64,000 nucleotides of DNA from Candidatus Latescibacterota bacterium. Its GTDB lineage: Bacteria > Latescibacterota > UBA2968 > UBA8231. Numbering within the stretch: the first letter of the stretch is position 1; each line of letters starts with the position of its first letter. The stretch is from NCBI GenBank assembly GCA_965204725.1, contig OZ242005.1, forward strand, positions 3,264,001 to 3,328,000, given 5' to 3'. A program made the position numbers and the translations under genes. Below, in pieces: positions 19,386 to 27,973 of the stretch. The notes under the pieces are model-generated. The model saw only the letters and a list, made by a program, of their open reading frames with translations, had not been told where the DNA came from and did not search any database.

Positions 19386-20717
19386 ATGGACAAAAAAATC
19401 GCCACCTCCGGCTGGGGGCTGTACCCGTGCGTCGCCGCCTCGGTTCAGCGCGTGCGCTACTTGAGCGACCTGTGCCGTGCGGCTGCGGACCCGATTTTGC
19501 CCCAAGGCAATTGCCGGTCCTACGGCGATGGCTGCCTATACGAGCGCGTCGTCTCCACCCTGCCCCTCAAGCACCTGCTTGACTTCGATCGGTCGTGCGG
19601 GCTGTTGTACGCCCAAGCCGGCATTACGCTCGCCGAGATCATCCGCTTTGCCCTGCCCCGGGGCTTTTTCCTGCCCGTTACGCCGGGGACCAAATTCCCC
19701 ACGCTCGGCGGCTGCATTGCCGCAGATGTCCACGGCAAAAACCACCACGCCGAGGGGTCCATTGCCGCTTTTGTCGAGTCGCTGGACATGGTGTTGGCCG
19801 ATGGCTCGACCGTGCGCTGCTCGCGCAGCCAGCGCGCCGATTTGTTTTGGGCCACGCTCGGCGGCATGGGCTTGACGGGATTTATCTACGCGGCGACGCT
19901 GCGGCTAAAAAAGGTGCTGTCGGCGTACATCCGGCAGCGCGCCATTAAGACCGCGAATTGGGCCGAGACGTGCCGCGTTTGCCTAGAGACTCAGCAGCAG
20001 TACACCTATTCGGTCGCGTGGATCGACGGCCTGCAAACGGGCCGGCAGCTAGGCCGGGGTCGTGTGTTGTTGGGGGAACACGCTAGCGAGTGCGAGCTCA
20101 AGGGCAAGCCGCCCTTTCCCGTTCACGGCGATGGAGGCTGGGCCGTGCCGTTCTTTTTGCCCGGCCGCGTGCTCAATGCCCAAGTGCTAAAGGCGTTTAA
20201 CGCCCTCTACTATCATCGCCAAGTGCGCCGTGCGACCGACGCGCTCATCCACTACGACCCGTATTTCTATCCGCTCGACGCCGTCCGCGGCTGGAACCGC
20301 CTATACGGCCGCCGGGGCTTTTTGCAGTACCAAGTCGCCGTGCCATACCCCGACAGCGCGGAGATGATCGCCGATCTGCTCGGGCGCATTGCTCGCCAAG
20401 GCATGGCTTCGCCCTTGGCCGTGTTCAAGTCCTTTGGGCCGCCGAGCGATGGCCTGCTTTCTTTCCCCCTAGCGGGCCATACCCTCTCGCTAGACATCCC
20501 CTTGCGCGACGCTGGGACTATTCCCTTCTTGCGCGCCCTAAACAAAACAGTCGTCGAGGCCAAAGGTCGCGTCTATCTGGCCAAGGACGCCATTTTGGAA
20601 AAGGAGGATTTCGCCGCCATGTATCCGCAACTCGAACAATTCAAAGCGGTCAAGCGCAAATACGACCCCGAGCACCGCTTCCGCTCCTGTCTATCCGACC
20701 GCTTGGGGATCACGTGA
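19386..20717 (+). CDS. FAD-linked oxidoreductase, DprE1-like (polyprenylphosphoryl-ribose oxidase)
   Basis: SGWG, RSYGD, PVTPGTKFPTLGGCIAADVHGKNHH, GGMGLTG, YSVAWID, GRVYLAKD. Confidence 0.88.
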   Translation: MDKKIATSGWGLYPCVAASVQRVRYLSDLCRAAADPILPQGNCRSYGDGCLYERVVSTLPLKHLLDFDRSCGLLYAQAGITLAEIIRFALPRGFFLPVTPGTKFPTLGGCIAADVHGKNHHAEGSIAAFVESLDMVLADGSTVRCSRSQRADLFWATLGGMGLTGFIYAATLRLKKVLSAYIRQRAIKTANWAETCRVCLETQQQYTYSVAWIDGLQTGRQLGRGRVLLGEHASECELKGKPPFPVHGDGGWAVPFFLPGRVLNAQVLKAFNALYYHRQVRRATDALIHYDPYFYPLDAVRGWNRLYGRRGFLQYQVAVPYPDSAEMIADLLGRIARQGMASPLAVFKSFGPPSDGLLSFPLAGHTLSLDIPLRDAGTIPFLRALNKTVVEAKGRVYLAKDAILEKEDFAAMYPQLEQFKAVKRKYDPEHRFRSCLSDRLGIT

Positions 20718-21439
20718 GAGCACTGGTTTTAGGGGCCAAATCGGCCATTGCCCAAGCCATCGTCGAGCACCTCGATGGCTATGACTTCGCGCTGGCCGCT
20801 CGCCGGTGTAGCGAGTTGGAGCCTTTTGCCGCGGACTTGCGGCTCAAACGCTCGTGCCGCGTAGAGCTGATCGAGTTTGACGCCTTGGACTTTGCGGCTT
20901 TGGCGCGCTTGCCGCAGCAGGTTCACGAGCGCGGCGGTCCCTTCGACTTGGTCGTCCTCGCCTTCGGCTATTTTGGCGACGAGCCGCACGATACAGACGA
21001 GATCCTCCGCATCCTCAACACCAACCTCACCGGCGCGGCCCTCGCCCTCGCGCACTTGGCCACCTATCTGAAAGAAAAGGGTACGCCGGCCGGCATCATC
21101 GCCATCTCGTCCGTATCCGGCGACCGGGGCCGCCAAGGCAATTACGTCTATGGGGCTGCTAAGGGAGGGCTTTCGATCTTCTTGCAAGGGCTGCGCAATC
21201 GGCTGGCTAAGACGCCGGTACACGTCCTGACCGTCAAGCCCGGGTTCGTCGCTACGCCGATGACCGAGGGGCGGCTAGACGGGCTTTTGGGGGTCGCTAC
21301 GCCAGACCGAGTGGCCGCCGACATCGTGCGCGCCTATCGGCAAAAGAAGGATGTGCTCTACACGCCGTTTTTTTGGCGCTGGATCATGCTCGCGGTCAGG
21401 AGCATCCCCGAGCGCATTTTTAAGAGGCTGAAATTGTGA
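20714..21439 (+). CDS. SDR oxidoreductase, DprE2-like
   Basis: LGAKSAIA, SSVSGDRGRQGNYVYGAAK (YxxxK), VKPGFV; GTGA overlap with the DprE1-like gene. Confidence 0.88.
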   Translation: MRALVLGAKSAIAQAIVEHLDGYDFALAARRCSELEPFAADLRLKRSCRVELIEFDALDFAALARLPQQVHERGGPFDLVVLAFGYFGDEPHDTDEILRILNTNLTGAALALAHLATYLKEKGTPAGIIAISSVSGDRGRQGNYVYGAAKGGLSIFLQGLRNRLAKTPVHVLTVKPGFVATPMTEGRLDGLLGVATPDRVAADIVRAYRQKKDVLYTPFFWRWIMLAVRSIPERIFKRLKL

Positions 21440-21494
21440 TGGCTCCCGAAAGGATAGACCCGCCTCGCCAAGCGGCGAAAAAGGAGACATACCC

Positions 21495-22673
21495 ATGATT
21501 CATACTACGATGTGGACCTATCCTTGGGACGTGATTGACGAGGGAGTGGACCGCGTCCTCGGCTTCCTCAAGGAAGAGGTCGGGCTGGATGCGATCAGCC
21601 TATCTACGGTCTATCACACCTACGACGCGCTCCGCACCCACGTACCCGGCAAAAAGCTCTTTTCTGGGTACGAGGACGCCATCTACTTCCAGCCCCAGAG
21701 CGAGCTGTACCAAGGCACTAAGCTCAAGCCGCACGTGCATCCCATGGCCAAGGACCAAGATCCCGTGCGGATCATCGCCGAGGCCTGCCGGGCGCACGGT
21801 TTGGAGCTGATTTCGTGGACCGTGCCCCTCCACAATCACTACATGGCTAGGCGGCATCCAGACTGCGCCCTGCTCGGTGTGTTCGGGGATCGCTATCCGG
21901 GTTGCCTGTGCCCGGCCAATCCCGAGGTGCGGGAGTACGTCCGCGGCTTGAGCTTGGACTTGGCCACCAACCACGATGTGCAGATGATCGAGTACGAATC
22001 CCTCCACTACATGGGCTTTGGCATGTTCCGCAACCACGCCAAAGTGGGGGTCCAGCTAGGAGCGGTCGGCTCCCTGTTGATGTCGCTGTGCTTTTGCACT
22101 GGGTGCATGCAGCGGGCCGAGGGCCGGGGCATGGACGTGGGGGAATTGAAGGGGAGGGTGGAAAAATGGCTCTTGGACCTCTTTGAGGAGGGGCCGCCGG
22201 AGCGCAGCGTGGAAGAGTTCGTCGCCGCCGAGCCGCTGCTGCGCGAGTACGTAACGATGCGGGCGGAGACTGTGACGTCGCTGGTCACCCAAATGAAAGA
22301 GGCCGTGAAAATCCCCGTTTCTTTTTTGTATATGGGCAACTATTACAACAACGGCATCGAGCGCACGTCCATCGAAAAGATCGTCGATCGGGTCAATGTC
22401 CTGTGCTACAGTGGCTCGCCGGAGGAGGCCAGCCAAACGGCGCAGGAGACCCTAGCCGGCATGGCCGATCCCGCTAGGTTGATCTGCGGCCTGAACGGCC
22501 ACCAACCCATAGATAGGGCCGAGCAGATGCGAGCGATCCTCACTGCGGTTTACAAAACCGGGGCGCGTCGGTTCTCGTATTACAATTACGGTATGATTTC
22601 CCGGCGCAATCTCAGGTGGATTGCCGAGGCCATTGCTGCGGTGCGCGTCCTCGACGCCGACGAGAAGGGGTGA
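21495..22673 (+). CDS. Uncharacterised glycoside-hydrolase-like TIM-barrel protein
   Basis: YPWDV, YH, WTVPLHN, CLCPANPEVREY, ESLHY, LCFCxxC, YYNYG; SD AAGGAG. Confidence 0.65.
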   Translation: MIHTTMWTYPWDVIDEGVDRVLGFLKEEVGLDAISLSTVYHTYDALRTHVPGKKLFSGYEDAIYFQPQSELYQGTKLKPHVHPMAKDQDPVRIIAEACRAHGLELISWTVPLHNHYMARRHPDCALLGVFGDRYPGCLCPANPEVREYVRGLSLDLATNHDVQMIEYESLHYMGFGMFRNHAKVGVQLGAVGSLLMSLCFCTGCMQRAEGRGMDVGELKGRVEKWLLDLFEEGPPERSVEEFVAAEPLLREYVTMRAETVTSLVTQMKEAVKIPVSFLYMGNYYNNGIERTSIEKIVDRVNVLCYSGSPEEASQTAQETLAGMADPARLICGLNGHQPIDRAEQMRAILTAVYKTGARRFSYYNYGMISRRNLRWIAEAIAAVRVLDADEKG

Positions 22674-22679
22674 ATTTGC

Positions 22680-22703
22680 AAAATAGAAATCCATTTCTAT
22701 TTT
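22680..22703. promoter_or_regulatory. Inverted repeat, candidate operator, upstream of AAA_14-DUF4143 gene 1
   Basis: AAAATAGAAAT-CC-ATTTCTATTTT: perfect 11-bp arms ending 7 nt before the ATG. Confidence 0.6.
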
Positions 22704-22710
22704 ACCAGAC

Positions 22711-23853
22711 ATGATTTCTAGATTGCTAAAAAGGCAAATCAACGCTCAACTCGCGCACTATCCGGCCGTGGCCCTGAGCGGGGCGCGCCAGACGGGTAAG
22801 ACGACCTTAGCGAAAGCATTCGCGGGCCATTATTTCGATCTAGAAAATCCCCAAGACCAACTGCGTCTCGAAGTCACTTGGGAAGAGCTGATGGAAACGC
22901 AGGAGTTGGTCATCCTCGATGAAATCCAGGCCATGCCCGAACTCTTTCCGCGCTTGCGCGCAGCCATCGACGCGGACCGCAAGCGCTGTGGTCGCTTCCT
23001 GATGCTCGGCTCGGTTGCGCCCGCCCTGATGCAGCGGGCCGGTCAGGCACTCACCGGCCGCCTAGCCCTGTGCCAACTCACCGGTTTTTTGGCTCTGGAA
23101 CGGCCCGCTCAAGAGTGGGATAGCCTCTGGCAAAGGGGTGGTTATCCCGACGGCGGTATTCTCGACGCCAGCCGCTTCCCCGACTGGCAGCAAAACTACC
23201 TCGCGCTCATGGCCCAGCGCGACCTTCCCTCTTGGGGCCTGCCCGCCCAGCCCGTGCTCATTCAGCGGCTCTTCCGCATGTTGGCCGCGCTGCACGGCCA
23301 GATGTGGAATGCTTCCCAACTGGGCAAGAGCTTGGGATTGAGTTACCACACCGTCAATACATACGCCGACTTCCTAGAGCAGGCGTTCTTGATCCGGCGG
23401 CTGCCCGCCTATACGTCGAACCTGCACAAACGCTTGGTCAAGCGCCCCAAGCTCTACTGGCGCGATACCGGACTCTTGCATTCCTTGCTCGGTCTCGAGC
23501 GCACGAGCGACGTATTTGACCAGCCGTGGGTTGGAACGAGTTGGGAAGGGTGGGTGATTGAGCAGTTGTTAGGCCACCTCGAAAGCACCGGCCGCGTTTT
23601 TGAGGCGTTCTATATGCGGACCAGCGACCAGCGGGAGATCGACCTCGTGCTGGAGTATCGCGGCCAGCGCTGGGCCTTTGAGATCAAGCTGAGCAGTACC
23701 CCAGACGCGGCTTTTCTGCGGCGGCTGCAAGACCATGCCACGCTCGTCGGCGCCGACCGGGTCGCCCTAATCAGCCGCACGGCCGAGCCGGTCTGCGGGA
23801 AAGCGGTCGCCTCGCTCAATCTGGCCGCGGCCCTCGATTGGCTCATGGGCTGA
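22711..23853 (+). CDS. AAA_14 ATPase with C-terminal DUF4143 (nuclease-like) domain
   Basis: GARQTGKTT, ILDEIQ, RGGYP, KRPKLYWRDTG, EIDLV...FEIK. Confidence 0.9.
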   Translation: MISRLLKRQINAQLAHYPAVALSGARQTGKTTLAKAFAGHYFDLENPQDQLRLEVTWEELMETQELVILDEIQAMPELFPRLRAAIDADRKRCGRFLMLGSVAPALMQRAGQALTGRLALCQLTGFLALERPAQEWDSLWQRGGYPDGGILDASRFPDWQQNYLALMAQRDLPSWGLPAQPVLIQRLFRMLAALHGQMWNASQLGKSLGLSYHTVNTYADFLEQAFLIRRLPAYTSNLHKRLVKRPKLYWRDTGLLHSLLGLERTSDVFDQPWVGTSWEGWVIEQLLGHLESTGRVFEAFYMRTSDQREIDLVLEYRGQRWAFEIKLSSTPDAAFLRRLQDHATLVGADRVALISRTAEPVCGKAVASLNLAAALDWLMG

Positions 23854-23858
23854 GTAGC

Positions 23859-23898
23859 AAAAGAAAAGCTCCGCCGAACCATGTTCGACGGAGCCTTT
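23859..23898 (-). terminator. Intrinsic terminator between the convergent AAA and GYD genes
   Basis: Stem GCTCCG.CGAAC / GTTCG.CGGAGC followed on the minus strand by TTTTCTTTT. Confidence 0.75.
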
Positions 23899-23927
23899 GC
23901 ACAAGCGGCTTTTACGCGGTGGGCGTA

Positions 23928-24248
23928 TCAGGCACCCGGGGGCCGGTAGGGCACGCTTTTCCCGATGGCCTCGTCTATGGTTTCCGGCGTGACCAGTACG
24001 GTGACGCTAATGTCGAGCGCGCCCGCGTTGCCGATGACCAAGGACACGGCGGCGGCCGTTGCGTCGTCGGGAAGGTCGGCAATTATATAGAGGTCTGGGG
24101 CCCCGAAGGCGTAGTAAAGCGATTCTACACTGCCACCCATTCCCTCAATGGTCTGGGTTAGGGCCGCCCGTCGCTGCGTACCGCCTTCCTTCAGCAAACC
24201 GGCGAGCCCGGCCTGCGTGTACGTTGCGCGAAACATGTATTTGCTCAT
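23928..24248 (-). CDS. GYD domain protein
   Basis: MSKYMF..TYT..G..GL...GG..ESLYYAFG..D; SD GGAGG. Confidence 0.85.
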   Translation of the reverse strand: MSKYMFRATYTQAGLAGLLKEGGTQRRAALTQTIEGMGGSVESLYYAFGAPDLYIIADLPDDATAAAVSLVIGNAGALDISVTVLVTPETIDEAIGKSVPYRPPGA

Positions 24249-24386
24249 CGGATTCCCTCCTTTTATCCAAAGATGGATTGCAACATAAGCAGCATTGGAA
24301 CCTCGGTCAAACCGCAATGACGACCCCACCTGAGCCGGGCCGGCTGTCTGCGGTCGTCTGCCTTGCGCTCGCAGGCGGTGAATTTT

Positions 24387-24452
24387 TGACCAAACTAGGT
24401 ATATGTCGTAAAATAGTCATGACCGTTTTACGACATATACCTAGTTTGGTCA
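24387..24452. repeat. 66-bp near-perfect palindrome upstream of AAA_14-DUF4143 gene 2
   Basis: 27-bp perfect arms TGACCAAACTAGGTATATGTCGTAAAA / TTTTACGACATATACCTAGTTTGGTCA around a central GTCATGAC; ends 4 nt before the ATG. Confidence 0.95.
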
Positions 24453-24456
24453 GTGT

Positions 24457-25662
24457 ATGAGACGCCTGTACGAACACCTCATCCAAACGCATTTCGCCGA
24501 AAACCGACAGATGCTGTTCCTCATGGGGCCGCGCCAAGTCGGCAAAACGACTAGCGCTCGTCGCGGGGCGATCCACTGCGGCGAGGCCGTCTATCTCAAC
24601 TGGGACAACGGTGACGACCGCCAGCGCATTCTCGCCGGACCAGCCGCCATTGCCCAAGCACTGGGTCTGGACCGGCTGCGCGAAAATCGCCCTGTCTGCA
24701 CCTTAGACGAGCTGCATAAGTTTGGGCGTTGGAAAGGGCTGCTCAAAGGGCTTTTTGATACGTACAGCGATCAAGCCCGTTTTATCGTCACGGGCAGTGC
24801 GCGTCTCGATGTCTTTAAGGCCGGCGGGGACAGTCTGATGGGGCGCTACTTAGGCTATCGCATGCACCCGCTGTCCGTGGCCGAATTGCTCGCCCCCGAG
24901 GCCGACGCCCTCGTCCGGCCCCCGTCCCCTCTCAGCACTGGGGCCTTTGCAGACCTACTCCAGTTCGGCGGGTATCCCGAACCCCTGCTCAGAGCCGATA
25001 CGCGCTTTTGGCGTCGCTGGAGCGGCACGCGCGTCCAGCAACTATTCAAGGAGGACATGCGGAGCCTGACGCAGGTGCGCGAACTAGGGCAGGTGGAGAC
25101 GCTGGCCGAATTGATCCGGCAACAGTGCGGCCAACTCACCAGCTATGCCAGCCTCGCCCGCGCCCTCAGTGCCTCAGTGGATAGCGTCCGGCGCTGGATC
25201 GGGATCCTCGAATCCCTCTACTTTTGCTATGCGGTCCGGCCCTGGTACGTCAATGTGGCTCGCTCCCTACGCAAGGAGCCTAAGTACTACCTGTGGGACT
25301 GGTCGCAGGCACCGGACGACGGCGCCCGCGCCGAGAATCTGGTGGCCAGCGCGCTCCTCAAAGCCGTGCATCTATGGAGCGACCGCGGCGAAGGGGATTT
25401 CGGCCTGTTCTTTTTGCGCGACAAGCAACAACGCGAAGTGGATTTCGTCGTCGTCCGCGACGGGTGGCCTTGGTTCCTAGTCGAAGTCAAGTCCTCCGGC
25501 AGCACCGCCCTTTCCCCGGCCCTGCACCTATTCCAACGCCAGACGGGGGCGCAGCACGCTTTCCAAGTCGCGCTGGACTTGCCCTATGTCGAGCGCGACT
25601 GTTTTGACCACCACCAACCCATTATCGTCCCCGCGCAGACCTTGCTCTCGCAACTGGTCTGA
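24457..25662 (+). CDS. AAA_14 ATPase with C-terminal DUF4143 domain (second, divergent paralog)
   Basis: GPRQVGKTT, LDELHK, VTGSARLD, FGGYPEP, KEPKYYLWD, REVDFV...VEVK. Confidence 0.9.
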   Translation: MRRLYEHLIQTHFAENRQMLFLMGPRQVGKTTSARRGAIHCGEAVYLNWDNGDDRQRILAGPAAIAQALGLDRLRENRPVCTLDELHKFGRWKGLLKGLFDTYSDQARFIVTGSARLDVFKAGGDSLMGRYLGYRMHPLSVAELLAPEADALVRPPSPLSTGAFADLLQFGGYPEPLLRADTRFWRRWSGTRVQQLFKEDMRSLTQVRELGQVETLAELIRQQCGQLTSYASLARALSASVDSVRRWIGILESLYFCYAVRPWYVNVARSLRKEPKYYLWDWSQAPDDGARAENLVASALLKAVHLWSDRGEGDFGLFFLRDKQQREVDFVVVRDGWPWFLVEVKSSGSTALSPALHLFQRQTGAQHAFQVALDLPYVERDCFDHHQPIIVPAQTLLSQLV

Positions 25663-25674
25663 CGCGCCGAGCGA

Positions 25675-25752
25675 TCAGGGTTCCCACAGGCGGATTCCCG
25701 GCACGTTGCCAAAGTGGTTGTCAAAAGTGATCAGAACTGAGCCGGTTTCAAT
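25675..25752 (-). pseudogene. vapC: C-terminal remnant of a VapC/PIN toxin
   Basis: Manual translation IETGSVLITFDNHFGNVPGIRLWEP* matches the PIN C-terminal LxTxDxHF motif; no start codon or N-terminal part. Confidence 0.75.
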
Positions 25753-25972
25753 CTACTTGGCGGCGAGTCAAGGCGTCGAATGCCGTCCGTTCCTCGGTGC
25801 TCCACACGCCGCATTGATCCAAAAAATCAGCGCGATGATTCGTCGGCTGTAGTCCGAAGGCCTCCTTCAGCACGCCGTTTATAGTCTTGTTTAGACTTTT
25901 TCCCTCGGCGGCGGCTTTCTTGCGTATGAGTTGGGCCAAGGCATCGTCCATGTGGATAGTCAGAGATTCCAT
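25748..25972 (-). CDS. Ribbon-helix-helix antitoxin (FitA/VapB-like), probably clipped at the C-terminus
   Basis: MESLTIHMDDAL...KKAAAEGKSLNK...GVWSTEE...F; abuts the VapC remnant. Confidence 0.75.
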   Translation of the reverse strand: MESLTIHMDDALAQLIRKKAAAEGKSLNKTINGVLKEAFGLQPTNHRADFLDQCGVWSTEERTAFDALTRRQVD

Positions 25973-26080
25973 AGTTACCTCATTCAAATTTATGGTTCAT
26001 AATAAATCAGAAATATAGTTCAAAATGCACGGAGCTTCCATCATTCTAAGGCCAGCTAAGGCGAGCGTCCCCGAGTCGAG

Positions 26081-26109
26081 TTGAAAGTGCCTTGAGAAGG
26101 CAATACATT
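26081..26109 (+). promoter_or_regulatory. Putative sigma70 promoter for the uxs-RND operon
   Basis: TTGAAA-N17-TACATT; SD AAAGGAG before ATG 26169. Confidence 0.55.
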
Positions 26110-26168
26110 TTTATATTGGTTAATTCGGGAGTAGAGCCAGCCCACCAGCAGAGAAAGGAGCGTACATA

Positions 26169-27104
26169 ATGCGCGTGCTGATCACCGGCGGCGCGGGTTT
26201 CTTGGGGTCGCACCTGAGCGACCTCCTGCTGAGGGAAGGCTGCGAAATTATATGTATGGACAACTTCCTCACGGGCCGGCCCGAAAACATCGCCCATCTG
26301 CTCAGCCATCCGCGATTCCAGTTTATTCAATACGATGTCACCAACTACATCCACGTAGATGGGCCGCTCGACTTTATCCTACATCTCGCCAGCCCAGCGA
26401 GCCCGGCCGACTTTGAGCGGCTGGGCATCAACATCCTCAAAGTCGGGGCGTTGGGTACGCACAAGACCTTGGGGTTGGCCGTGGCCAAGCAGGCCAAGTT
26501 CCTGCTGGCCTCCACCTCAGAGGTCTATGGCGACCCCTTGGTACATCCCCAGTCGGAGGAATACCTCGGCAACGTCAACCCCATTGGCATCCGCGGCGTG
26601 TACGACGAGGCCAAGCGCTTTGCCGAGGCCATGGCCATGGCATACCACCGCCAGCACGGCACGGATGTGCGCATCGTGCGGATATTCAATACCTATGGCG
26701 AGCGCATGCGCCAAGACGACGGCCGGGCCGTGCCCAACTTCATCATCCAAGCCCTCAAGGGCGACGATCTGACGGTCTATGGCGACGGCCAGCAAACGCG
26801 CAGCATCTGCTATTGCAGCGATCTGATCGCCGGCCTCTACAAGCTCATGCGGTCCGAGGTGGTAACGCCCGTCAACCTCGGCAATCCCTGCGAAATCACC
26901 ATCCTCGACTTGGCCCGCAAGATCATCGCCATGACCGGGGCCAAGAGCCGCATCGCCTTCCGCGATTTACCGCAGGACGACCCCCGGGTCCGCCTGCCCG
27001 ATATTGCCAAGGCCCACTCCCTGCTCGGCTGGACGCCCCGCGTGGGGCCGGACGAAGGGCTGGGCCGGACAATTGCATGGTTCGAGCGAGAATTGGAGAA
27101 ATAA
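26169..27104 (+). CDS. UDP-glucuronate decarboxylase (UDP-xylose synthase) family SDR
   Basis: [51 protein letters not shown]. Confidence 0.92.
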   Translation: MRVLITGGAGFLGSHLSDLLLREGCEIICMDNFLTGRPENIAHLLSHPRFQFIQYDVTNYIHVDGPLDFILHLASPASPADFERLGINILKVGALGTHKTLGLAVAKQAKFLLASTSEVYGDPLVHPQSEEYLGNVNPIGIRGVYDEAKRFAEAMAMAYHRQHGTDVRIVRIFNTYGERMRQDDGRAVPNFIIQALKGDDLTVYGDGQQTRSICYCSDLIAGLYKLMRSEVVTPVNLGNPCEITILDLARKIIAMTGAKSRIAFRDLPQDDPRVRLPDIAKAHSLLGWTPRVGPDEGLGRTIAWFERELEK

Positions 27105-27106
27105 CT

Positions 27107-27973
27107 ATGTGCGCCTTTGATTTGCGAGAAAACGCCCTCGGCGTCGAAATCCACGCGGGCAACAAGCTGCTCGCCCTGTACCGCGCCACGGAGGAGCTGC
27201 CCCGCAGCGAATCCCCCAAGCCCTGCTTCGCGCCCCTGTACACGCTTTCCGGCCAACTCATAACCGAGTACCGCCCACCCGACCACGCTTGGCACACCGG
27301 GCTGTATTTTGGCTGGGTCCACGTGAACGACGCGAACTTGTGGGGCGGGCCTTGGTACTTGCCAGAAAAAAAGAAATACGAATACGTCGCTGACAGCCAC
27401 GGCGTACAGCGGCACGATCGCTTCACGGCCTGGGGCGCGGCCTCCGCGACCGAGTCGCTTTCTTGGCTCGACGGCCGCGACCAGCTCATGGCGTTGGAGT
27501 CGCGCTCTTTTGGCTTTTACCACACTGCGGGCGGCTACTGCTTGCGGATATCCACGCGCATTGAGCCGGCTGGCGACCGGCTGGTCATGGGGGCCTCGCG
27601 GGCGGCGCGCTACTCGGGGTTGGAATTGCGCATGGGGCCTTCCTTTGCCGAGGCCGACCACTATTGCAGCGAGGGACGCCGCGGCCACGCAGACATCATG
27701 GGGCAGCGCGCCCGTTGGGTCGGGGCGCGCGGGAAACAGGGCGGCTTTGTCGCGCTCATGGACCACCCGACCAACCCGCGCCACCCGGTCACTTGGTTTA
27801 CCCGCGCAAACTTGCTGGGCGCGGGCCTGCTGATGGAGGGCGACTTAGAGCTAACAGCCGGCGAGTGCTTGGAACTACACTACGCGTTCTTCGTCCTAGA
27901 CCAAGCCCCCAGCCTCGCACACCTAGAAGCCCTGTACGCAGACTTTGCTGCTTCCTCTGGAGAATTGCCATGA
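27107..27973 (+). CDS. PmoA-like (PF14100/DUF6807-type) beta-sandwich protein of unknown function
   Basis: KP.FAPL.T.SG..IT...P.DH.WH.GL.FG, YSGL..R, DHPTNPRHP..WF.R. Confidence 0.7.
   Translation: MCAFDLRENALGVEIHAGNKLLALYRATEELPRSESPKPCFAPLYTLSGQLITEYRPPDHAWHTGLYFGWVHVNDANLWGGPWYLPEKKKYEYVADSHGVQRHDRFTAWGAASATESLSWLDGRDQLMALESRSFGFYHTAGGYCLRISTRIEPAGDRLVMGASRAARYSGLELRMGPSFAEADHYCSEGRRGHADIMGQRARWVGARGKQGGFVALMDHPTNPRHPVTWFTRANLLGAGLLMEGDLELTAGECLELHYAFFVLDQAPSLAHLEALYADFAASSGELP

Noticed and set aside
24387-24452. Palindrome as an intrinsic terminator or MITE
   Set aside because: It lies between divergent gene starts, has an AT-rich stem with no trailing U-tract, no target duplication and no second copy in the window.
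27107-27973. Methane monooxygenase implied by the PmoA family name
   Set aside because: Soluble protein without TM helices and no pmoB/pmoC; the family name is misleading.
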